A stretch of DNA of 64,000 bases from Eledone cirrhosa (taxonomy: Eukaryota). The position numbers were made by a program, and so were the translations under genes. The notes below the pieces were generated by a model. The model saw only the letters and a list, made by a program, of their open reading frames with translations, did not search any database and was not told where the DNA came from. Each line of letters starts with the position of its first letter. Position 1 is the first letter of the stretch. The DNA lies in NCBI GenBank assembly GCA_964016885.1, contig OZ024745.1, forward strand, positions 81,344,001 to 81,408,000, read 5' to 3'. This document shows positions 53,714-64,000 of this stretch, one piece after another.

Positions 53714-54129
53714 ATAATAATAAAATTGAAGACTAAAATCCAAAGAGGGCTCGATAAGGAAAATATATATCAAATATATAAGAACCGTAGAGCAAATATT
53801 TATTAAAATAACAGTTTAAAGTTTAAGCAAAGAATTGCTGCTTTCACCCTTAACGGGATCTTCTGAAACTAACAAAGTCAATCTGTAAACGCAGAACTGG
53901 ATATTTCAAAAAACGTTGCAACCGGAGGAAGACAGGAAGACGATACTTTGGTTCGTGGTAACGTTCGCTGGCAAAGAACGGGAAATAACGAATAATACGT
54001 CATTAATAGGAGCGGTGAAAAACAATTACGCGCAAAGACAAAACCACGTTTATGGTATAAAAGAGGTCGTAGACTAATGTTCTCTTAGGTGGTGCATATA
54101 TGCATATATATATATGCATATATATATAT

Positions 54130-54250
54130 ATTCTGAGTTCAAATCCCGCCGAGGTTAACTTTGCCTTTCATCCTTATGGGGTCGATAAAATAAAGTACCA
54201 GTAATACACTGGGTAATTGCTGGCCTTGTGCCAAAAAGGTAGAAACAATT
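54130..54250 (+). mobile_element. 5'-truncated SINE
   Basis: B box plus core. Confidence 0.85.
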
Positions 54251-54255
54251 ATATA

Positions 54256-54361
<106 letters not shown>

Positions 54362-54611
54362 GCATATATATATATATATATATATATAATTAATACAATA
54401 ACAGAGATAGTTTAAAGCTAAACTCTGACTGGTAACCATCTCACTCAACAAACATTAGGTTATATTAAAATATAAACCCAATTTAAGTGTTTGGGGTGCT
54501 AACAATATGTATAATGTGGAAAAACCAGTTGTATTATTTTATGAGATATAATTAAAGTTAAAGTATATCTCTCTTTCCAAACAATTGTTTCATTATATAT
54601 ATATATATATA

Positions 54612-54900
54612 TTGTTATACTTGGGGAGGGTCATATTGTTGTAATAATATTGCCAACAATAATAACAGAACACACTCACTGTTTGGTTGGTTTTCGCTTC
54701 TGTATCTTTTATGTCTCCATAGTTAATTTATTTTGCAATCAATGTTTATCATTGACTGACCAACAGCTAAAAATACAGATATAAATATATATATACATAT
54801 ATAGTCTAACAAAGTTCTTTCGTTGCACATCTGCAACATCACCAGTGGTACTATTATCATGTTCCCTCCTATTGTATTGTAATGTTTGCGCCATTTTATT

Positions 54901-54947
<47 letters not shown>

Positions 54948-54990
54948 TAAATAAAATAAAAATGGCGTAAACATTACAATACAATAAAGT
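54612..54990 (-). mobile_element. Diverged solo pLTR related to PLE family 3, with a short inversion
   Basis: Homologous to 27035-27330. 54868-54900 is inverted at 54950-54986. Confidence 0.8.
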
Positions 54991-55751
54991 CGACAAGGTT
55001 TGCAGGGTGTGTTCCCGGATTCTCAGTATTTGGAAGTTTAAAGATTCAGATACCGTTTTCCTCTTACGCACCACCTTTACTCAGACTCACTTTCAGTACT
55101 GTTGCTGGCAATTGTCTCCCAAATACGAAACAAGACATCATAAAGGGGCCCAGAAGTCAATAATTAAAAAAAAAACGAAAAAATTAAACCCCACACGACA
55201 GACCTTGATTACTGGAATCGGCCCGAGACCCTAAAACACTATTCTTTCCAACGCCGCCGTGAGTATCATTTCATTTATAGAATGTGACAAATATTCTATC
55301 AACTTTGCCCAAATGATGCTGGCATCAAGTTTAAAAAATCGGTCATATAAACACATTGCGACAAGTCAATTGTATCTCAACTGACACTGTTCTCTTCAGA
55401 ATTATCACATAACCTACAAATTATACCTGGACGAATTCCATCAACAAATACCAGATACACAACAAACACTTAGATATTGTTATAACAACTTCCTACACAA
55501 GTGGGCTATCTTTTTTTTTTTTTTAAGAGGGTGAGAAGCCAATTAAATCAGCTCCAGTAATTGGCTGGTACATTATCGACCTCGGAAGGTGGAAAGATAA
55601 AGTTGACTTCGGTGAGATTTAAATTCAGAACGTAAAAAGCCAGAACAATTACTGCTAATAATGGTTTCTGATTTAGGCACACGGTCAACGATTTTGGGGG
55701 TAGAGGAAAGTTGATCAAATCGATCCTAATGCGTCACTGATACATAATTTT

Positions 55752-56110
55752 AGAAGTAGAGACTTCTGGTGTTCTTGGCCCCAGGGCTACCTCCCTATTT
55801 AATGCCATAAGAGCTGGGCAGTCGCAGGTGTGAGCCTCGCGAGATGGAATGGCTCTTCCAGCGCATCTCCCTTACCATCCTCCGGGGAAACGCCTTCTCC
55901 AATCTGTCCGCCGGGGCCGTGGGGCGGCCAGCACGTGGGACCCCATTTGCTCATAACAGATAGAGATGGAGGCGATGACAGTGGGAGTTCGGCTCTCACG
56001 TGTTCGGTACTGGTGTGCAGCGTCTAACTACTTGCCTGTTTGTATTATCTCGTTTTGTGATCAGCCATAAAAAAGTAAAAAAAAAAAAAAGGAAAAAACA
56101 AAACAAAACA
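55752..56110 (+). mobile_element. 3' end of a CRE-clade LINE with A-rich tail, inserted into a SINE
   Basis: Hand translation ETSGVLGPRA..EPREMEWLFQRISLTILRGNA. Minus-strand SINE halves lie on both sides. Confidence 0.75.
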
Positions 56111-56901
56111 CAAACATATATTTTATCGATCCCGTAAGGATGAAAGGCACAACTAACTTCGGCGGGATTTCAACGTAAAAAGTCGTAACTAAATACCAGC
56201 ATTTTGTCCAATGCTCTATTGATACTGCTAATCAACAGTCCTAATTACTGCTAATAATAAAATGAAGAATTTGTTCGTAGTGTGTGTCAACAATTATACA
56301 CTGGAATTAATGAATATGGAAAAGTTCGGAACGTGTGGCGTACGACCTTATTTTGAAAGAAGAGCAAAGGAACACTGTTATCTGAACCTATTCCAGAATA
56401 TTCAGGGGCAGTGGAACGGGGGGAGGGGGTTTACACCCCCCTTACCCCCATTAATTATATTTTTTCCCCAAAGTGCCAAAAAAACATCCATTTGTATAAG
56501 CACTACGATTTATGTCAATGTTATGTAGAGACAGATGGGAAAGATAGATATAGATATAGAGAGGGGGAGAGTTTGGTGGTAATTGATATAGAGAGGAAGG
56601 TTGGGAGAGTGTGTTGTATAATAGATATAGAGAGGGGAGAGATTGATGTTTATTGATATAAATTTCTATTTATTTGCCACCAGGGCATCAAAGATTGGGA
56701 CAAATACAAAGGGGGAATTTACATACATTTAAAAAGACGTGTTAAAAAAAATATAACAAATTAAATTTAACAATTGATGTCCTCAATAGGGAGGGGCGTT
56801 GACATCGGTCGTACACACCCCCGAAAAAATGTGCAACCCTCCTCTTCAGGAGCACAAAGAGCGAGGGCTTCCTTCCTCTTCTCATTCTTCTCCTCTCTCA
56901 C

Positions 56902-59900
56902 CTACAGGCTGATATAGAGAGAAGGCCCATTCACTCGGGACATTCTCGCTACTTTCACCCACCTTTCATAAAACTTGCTGGGGTAGAGCACCTCTCTCTC
57001 CATTCTGATCCTTCTTCTAAAGTGGTACTTGAAAAAAAAAAACAGTTGTTGGCCAGAGAGAAAGGTGTCTGACCTCAGCCCTTTCAACCTTGTCCACCAT
57101 ACAACTTCTTTCGCCATAGCTATCACACAGAGGAAAACCGCCTCTCCTTCGTTTTTGAAAGGGGGAGGCGGTTTGATCGTGACAATGTTCTCGGTGGTCA
57201 ACTGGATTGGTCCCACCCGCGACAGTAGTTGTTCCACATAGCCCCACAGGTCAGCAACGCCCGGGCAGTGTACGAATGCGTGTGCGACGGTTTCCTCGTC
57301 ACGCACGCATCTCGGACAGATCTTCTTCGAGGGGTCCCTACCCGGGCGCCCGTGTCTGTAGAGCTTGTGCCAAACGGGTAGAGGTCCTCGGTAACATTGC
57401 CAAGCCAGGGACTTTTGGAAGTTGTCCATCGGTCCCGGGTCAAACGTCCTACCGAGCAGACTGGCCAGCTCGTCTTCCTCCATGCCCAGAGCCTCTCCGA
57501 GAGCGTCGTCGCACTTACTGCGCACCAACCCTCTATAGAATGTTGAGGTTGGGTCTCCAATGGTTGCCGGATCCGCTTGCCAGAGAGCCGTGAGCGCCTG
57601 GGCACATTCAAAGTGCCAGTCGCCCACTTTTCTCGGTCTTTGCTTGACCCAGGATTGCAGCTCGGTGAGTGAGACGAGTCTCGGAAAGGCTCGCCTCACA
57701 AACAGGGCCCACACCGGCTGACCGGTGAGGAATACCTGGAGGTGGCGTAGCCTTAATGCGTGTCTACGCATCGTCAGTCACGGCAACCCTAGCCTCCGTT
57801 CGAAGGGTGTTGACAGCAGATGGATCTTCTCACCAACGGAGCCCGCTTCTTCCAAAGAAATCGGAAGAGCGCGCGCTCCATTTTGGCGAGTGTTTTCTCT
57901 GGGCAAGGCACGACGGTCAAGCGGTAGTAGATGACGGACGCTATATAAGCGTTCGCCATCTCCGCTCGACCTTTCAGGGATAGTTTGCACTCGGCTCACT
58001 TCTGGGCGAGTGCAAACACCTTGCCCGTTACCTCGTCCCAGTTTTTCTCCACCTGGAGGTCCGGTCCGAACCAGACCCCGAGCAGCTTCACCGGTCCCTC
58101 CGTCCAGCGTCTGACGATGCCGTCGGAGGGCATCGTTTTGCCCCTCCACGTCCCGAGTTGCAAACCGACGGACTTGTCCCGGTTCAGCTTGGCTCCTGTG
58201 AACCTTTCATATTCCTCCAGTAAGGTGCCGATCTGCCCGATTTCCGAGGCGCACGACACCATTACTGTCACGTCATCGGCGTAGGCCGACACCACTTTCC
58301 GCAATCCCGGTTCCAAGGGGATGCCCTGCAACAGCTCCAGCTTCCGCAGTAGCGGCTCGAGAGCCAGCACATACAGGATGGAGGAGAGAGGGCATCCCTG
58401 TCGGATGGATCGCGTGATTTGGAACGGCTCCGAGAGGTAGCCGTTCACCTTGACCCTCGAGCAGGTGTTGCTGCTGTGCATTGCAGCAATCCAGCCCCTG
58501 AAAACGGGTCCGAGCCTGCCGCCGCGAGCACCACATCCAGGTACCGATGGTCAACCCTATCGAACGCCTTAGATTGATCCAAGTTGATCAGTACCCCACC
58601 AAAGCCGGGTTCGTTCCATACCCTCTCTACGATGTATCGCATGAGGTGGAGGTTATCGTGAATTGACCTGTACGGGATTGCGCATATCTGCGCTTCTCCC
58701 ACAAGTTCCCGACGACAAGCGCCAACCTCTTCGCTAACACTTTCGCCAAAATCTTTAACTCTGTGTTTAGCAGAGTTATGGGCCTGAAGTTATCTATGTC
58801 ATCCCCCTTGTTCTCGTCCTTCCTCACCAGCGTGACTACGCCCTTGGTCACAGAACTGGGAATTCTCCCGTTCTGTTGCCAGTCGCAGTAGACCGCCTCG
58901 AGGACCCCGGAGAACAAGCTCGGCATCGCTACATAAAATTCGTATGGTAGACCATCGAGAACCCGGAGATTTGCGTTTGCCGCATTGGCTCAGAGCTTCC
59001 CCTATTTCAGCGGCTGAAATCGGCCTGTCGCAGGACTTCGCCTCCCCGTCCGAGAGCCGCGCCAGCCCGTCGAGGTATGGACCTAAATCCAGGGCCCCAC
59101 CCGGCCCGCGCACTCCCGAACAGTCGTGCAAAGCGCTGTTGAAAGGCCTCGCTCATCCGCTCAGGTTCAAGGATCACGCGTCCATCCTGGTCCTTCAAAG
59201 ACCGAATCGTGGACTTGTTTCCAATTTTGCCTCTGTCACTCGGGCCCAGCTAACAGCTTTGGCTCCCTCGTTACCCAGAGCACGTATTTTACTCCTGACA
59301 ACGCAGCCCTCGTGCTTCGCATCAAAGAACTGGTCTAGGGCCGTTCTTGACGCCAGCACGCCGGCCACGTTGCCACTCCTAATCGCCTCTTCTATTCTAT
59401 TTGTTAATTCCCTTTCAGTTCTATTCCTATCTGATGCTAATTCCCGACTAAAACCTATCGATTCTATTCTAATTTCTCTCTTGAGAGAGCCCCACCACCT
59501 GCTGTTGACAATTGCCCCCGTCAAACGCTGCTTAACTAGTGTGCTAATCCGCTTACTGTAAGCTTTGTTTGTCGGTAAAGACAAGTTTAGCTTCCAGTAA
59601 CCGGGTCCCTGTCTATGAGTTCTATCAAGGTTGACCACTCCGGTCACCAACTTGTGATCCGAATAGTCAACCATGAACATTCGTGGACAGCTTAAAATGT
59701 CCCTATCCTTATTTCTAACTAGGAACCTATCTAGGTACGACCTAGATGTTCCGCTGCGATTAGTCCACGTCCACAGTGGCACAGTCGGAAAATCTAGTCG
59801 ATATCTATCGGCCAGATCAAATCGGCCGATTAATCGTTTGAGGCTGTTACACCCCCCTCTATCGGGACATGCCCCTACATAGTCCCAACGTGCATCGAGG

Positions 59901-60331
59901 TTACCATTCCAGTCCCCCACTAAAAGCAAGGAGCGAGACGTTCCCAGGAAATTCTCCAGGCATTGGAAGAAGTCCGGTCGCGATGTCCCAGATGGGGCAT
60001 ACGCTGCCACCAGCCCGAAAGCTCCTTCACCACTGCCGACGTCTAAAACCACCAGTCGACCCTCCAGGTCCAGGTGTACCTTCTGTGTGGCAAGACCCAG
60101 ATATTTTCGCAGCAGAACGACAACCCCACCCCCACCCCTCGGCTGACAGAGAGATGCGTAGATCTCAAAGTCGTCGAAGATGGGGGCCAGTTGGCGCTCG
60201 CTGCTGATCCTGGACTCGCAAATAACCATTACATCCACTCTGTGCGACCTGAGGTCATTTAAGACTTTGCCTTGTTTCCAGGACATCCCCAGGCCGCGTG
60301 CATTCACACATCCAACTCTTATATTGGCCAT
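56902..60331 (-). pseudogene. Tx1 ORF2: APE endonuclease, RT and C-terminal CCHC
   Basis: VNARGL, GDWN, SYLDRF, SDH, FRPITLLN, LDQSKAFDRV, RQGCPLS, YADD and CPRC..ETVAHAFVHC. Several frameshifts. Confidence 0.93.
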
Positions 60332-60373
60332 GTTGGTGCTGAAGAGTTAAAAAGGAAGAGGAAAGGAAATTAC

Positions 60374-61110
60374 TTACCTCTTCGTCTCCTGGGGACCAGG
60401 CTGCACAATTTCCATGGGGGTGTTGGAAGGGTTGTTTGGTGGGGTGGTGGTTTGTGGTGGGGTGAGGACATCAGTGTGTGGTGGGATTAGGGTGTTTGGT
60501 GGGGTGTGGGTGTCTGGTGTGGGGGTGGGGAAACATCTCAATAGGACGCTGTTAAGTGGTTTGGTGCAGTTGGTCCCCACATGCATTGGAGGGTTCTTTT
60601 TCAAAGTTACATAGGTTTCCGTTGGGACCCTAATCATCATTAGGGGCGGTTTGTTCGCTGCGTAGGTGAAAGTGATTCCTTCGGTTTCCACCGAAGGGTT
60701 ATTTTCTATCGCTTTCATCAAAGTTTTATTGTTCTTGTTAATGTATGTATAGAGTTTTTGTTGTGTTGTGTTTGTTTTTGTTTGTTGTTCTTATGCGTGT
60801 TTGCGTTTTGTAGTATGTGTTATGTTTTGGGGAGGGGTGGGTTTTTTGTTTGTGATGTTTGTTTTGTTTGTGCTGGTGGTTGTGTGTTTGTAACATTTTT
60901 GTTAATGTGGTGCCTTTTTTTTTTCCTTTTCACCTGTTGAAAGGGTTCTCTCTCGTCGTCACTGGGTGACGTTGATACGGAGTCCTCTTCCGTGTTGTTG
61001 GGGTGGGGTATATTTTGGGGTTTTGTTGTGGTTGCTTTTGTACTTGTTTTAGGTGGGGAGGGGTTTGGTGGAACAGTGTCTTGTGTTGTCATTTTTCCAT
61101 GTTGTTGTGG

Positions 61111-61141
<31 letters not shown>

Positions 61142-62294
61142 GGTGGTGGTGGTGGTGGTGGTGGTGGTGGTGGTGGTGGTGGTGGTGGTGGTGGTGGTGG
61201 TGTGGTGGTGGTGGTGCTGGTGGTGGTGTGGTGGTGGTGGTGGTGGTGGTGGTGGTGGTTGTGTTGTTGTGTTGGGGGTTGGCAGAAGAGCCTTTTTTTT
61301 TACTCGTTAATTGAGGACAGGCAGCCCTCAGGTGACCCCTGCTTAAGCAGTGGTAACATGACGGCCGCCTTCCCTCCACTGAAATGTTTATATAAGTTAG
61401 CCCGTCCAGAGACACGCGTTGTGGTATATTCGCTATTCGTTCTGGGCTCATTTGCACCAGAACTTCTACGCTGGTCGCACCAAATACACCTCCGGAGGAC
61501 TTTCCTATTGAAATTATCTTGTCTTCATCAAAGTCAGTGATTCCACATAGTATCCACCAAATATTTACATTTGGTGTGATACTCAATATTTTTATTCTTT
61601 GTCTTTTTTCCCCTGTATGTGGGGAAAAAGGTGAAGCGGGGGGACACAGTGGGTGATACCGATTACTTTTGTGCTGTTCACTGGTTGTTCATTAGCACCG
61701 AAATGCTACCAAACAGTTTACCTTTTTGTATGAAGGTTAAGTCCTTCATTGCATCTTTTAGAACCAGCTCAATTTCATTTTGTGTTAATTGAGCTAGTTT
61801 TCTTGTTTCGTTCGATATTGTCCTGAAAACTGTGGTTTTCAGGACAGCCTCTCTACGTAATTCCTGTGGAGAATTGATGCTAAAAGCACCGTTTTCGCCA
61901 AAAGTCACGAATTGTTTTGCGTCTTGTAATAGTTGTTTAGCATTTGTTATGTCTATTGGTGTGTATAGTTCGTTTTTTTTTTAGTCTGTGCGAATATTGT
62001 TTCGGTGTTGTTGTCTTTTTTGTTGCTGCTGTTGTTGTCACTGTTGGTAATATTGTTCATGTTTTCCTTGGTGTTGCTATTGTTGCAGTTGTTGGTTGTG
62101 GTGTTATTGTCATTGTTCTTGTTGTTGGTGCTGGTATTATTTACCGGGTTTGGTTTCGTAGTTTCAATATTTTCAACGTTTTTCGATAATGCGAAAGGGG
62201 AAGGCTGCAAGCTTTGTACTCCTACCTTCCCTCCACCACTTTTCTTAGTGGGCGTGGCACTCACGACAGTGTGCGAGGTGGAAATGGCATCCAT
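60374..62294 (-). pseudogene. Tx1 ORF1 with zinc knuckle
   Basis: CYHCLSRGHLRAAC knuckle, low-complexity expansions and frameshifts. Confidence 0.8.
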
Positions 62295-63436
62295 TGCTGA
62301 CTACCAAATCTACACAGTTTTGAGATGAAAATGAAAATTTCGCCCCAGAAAGGGGCGAAAATTAGTTGACTCAACGTCTGCAGGCCCAGGCAAGGGGTTA
62401 ACTAAACAATGCTATTAAATTAAGCAATTAACTCACAATTTTTTTGACAATAATCCGTAAAAATCTGGAGCGAAGTAATTCACGTCTATATCAAGTGGTA
62501 ATTGATATAGAGAGGGGGTTGGGAGAGTGTTCCATGTAGTAGATATAGAGAGGAGGATAGTTTGGTGTTAATTGATATAGTGAGTGGGTTTGGGAGAGTG
62601 TATTGTATGTTGGATATAAAGAGGGTGAAAGACTGATGTTTATTGATATAGAGAGAGGAATTTTAAGAGAGTTCTGTGTAGTAGATATACAGAGAGGGAG
62701 AGGGTATTGTATGTTAGATATAAAGAGGGGGAGATATTTGTGTTAATTGACATAGAGAGAGGGGGTTGGTACAGAGAGGGGGATTTGAAGAAAGGTCTGC
62801 GTAGTTGATATAAAGAGGGGGAGAGTTGGTGTTAATTGATATAGAGACGAGATAGGGGCATGCACGTCACCCCCCTCAGTGCAATTATGCCCCCACCCCT
62901 CCCGCAATAATTATATTTTCTCCCCAAACTACCAAAACACACATATATTTGGATATGCGCTACAATTTATGTACATGTTATGTTTATTGCATATTGAAGT
63001 TTTCTGAACAATTTAGAGTGCAAAGAGCTAAACTAATCACTACCATTAAATTGTACAAATTTGACCGTCCCCAGCCCCAATCTAAATCCAGAAATGCTTC
63101 CACCGTCCCCGATATTAGTTATAGCTAAACTATGAATCATGAACGGCTGGAAATTAAAATTGACATTGGCGAGATTGAAACTTAAGATGTAAACTATGTC
63201 TGCCTATCACATCTGGTAGCAGTGTTGTGGAGATAGAGTCATCATTCGACACTAGTGTCTAGTGAGGGAATATGAGTAGAGTGGTTGGTAATGAATGAGA
63301 TTGTTACTAGATGAAAAACATTTTTTTTCTTCTCCAAACAACCAATCAAAATAAAGAACACACTTATCACCCAAAACGAATGAGAATTGATATATTTTAA
63401 AGCTGTACGCGAAACATTTGGTCATTAAGCAAACAG

Positions 63437-63525
63437 AAGTCTGATGAGCTTTTCATTCCAGTGTCGGGCCCGATCGATAGAAATCGAACCTTGAGCTCAT
63501 CAATCGCGAAACGCGCGTCGCACTT
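63437..63525 (+). ncRNA. Type I hammerhead ribozyme of the long stem II family
   Basis: aagt-CTGATGA-gc..gc-GAAA-cgcgcg-TC-gc-actt, with palindromic ACGCGCGT stem III. Confidence 0.65.
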
Positions 63526-63689
63526 AAATAAACTTAATGAAAATTTGACACCTCGTCCCAACTTATTATTAGTATTACACTCTGCTTAGTACAACCACAA
63601 AGTACGAACTGGTAAGGATGTAACTACGCGACGAGTGCTCAATTTGGTGAACCAACAGTAACTTGAAGATACAATCTCTAAACTATATA

Positions 63690-63766
<77 letters not shown>

Positions 63767-63929
63767 GTGTGTGTGTGGTATTTTTACCCGATATCCTAAA
63801 CCTGTATTCACAGTCACAAAACATAACGCTAGTAACCACAAGTTACTCACATAGTAACATAAATGTATATATATATATATATATATATACATACACACAC
63901 ATATTTACTTATACTTACACAGACATACA

Positions 63930-63971
<42 letters not shown>

Positions 63972-64000
63972 TATATATACACATGCACTTTGTTTCGCAT

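Larger units (their letters stand above)
56662..62486 (-). mobile_element. Full-length Tx1/L1-clade LINE, disrupted
   Basis: ORF1 pieces 62294-60374 and ORF2 pieces 60331-56902. AATAAA at the 3' end. Lies within a minisatellite. Confidence 0.92.

Noticed and set aside
53830-53875. Minus-strand CAGAAGA-tccc..gggt-GAAA motif
   Set aside because: Core U is replaced and there is no stem III or cleavage site.

Overview
AT-rich eukaryotic DNA made almost entirely of repeats. The (TA)n/(CA)n microsatellites and the dominant tRNA-derived SINE suggest a cephalopod such as Octopus (inference). No complete host gene is visible; there is one candidate first exon near 39.5 kb on the minus strand. The window holds five coding Penelope-like elements (PLEs) from at least four families, most with inverted pseudo-LTRs. 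It also holds CR1-like, RTE, RTE-X, R4/Dong, CRE and Tx1/L1 LINEs and many SINE copies. Reading both strands by eye shows more than 20 type I hammerhead ribozyme (HHR) motifs in about 10 sequence families. Main candidates for new biology: (1) two non-coding tandem-repeat families with about 442-nt and 628-nt units, each unit carrying one HHR, i.e. putative retrozymes or circRNA producers; (2) a PLE whose upstream ORF1 joins the RT-GIY-YIG frame through an in-phase U_UUU_UUA -1 slippery site; (3) a Tx1/L1 element in which a 39-nt GT-AG segment, if spliced, removes both stop codons and fuses ORF1 to ORF2 in frame. All folds and alignments were done by eye, and most element boundaries are approximate.
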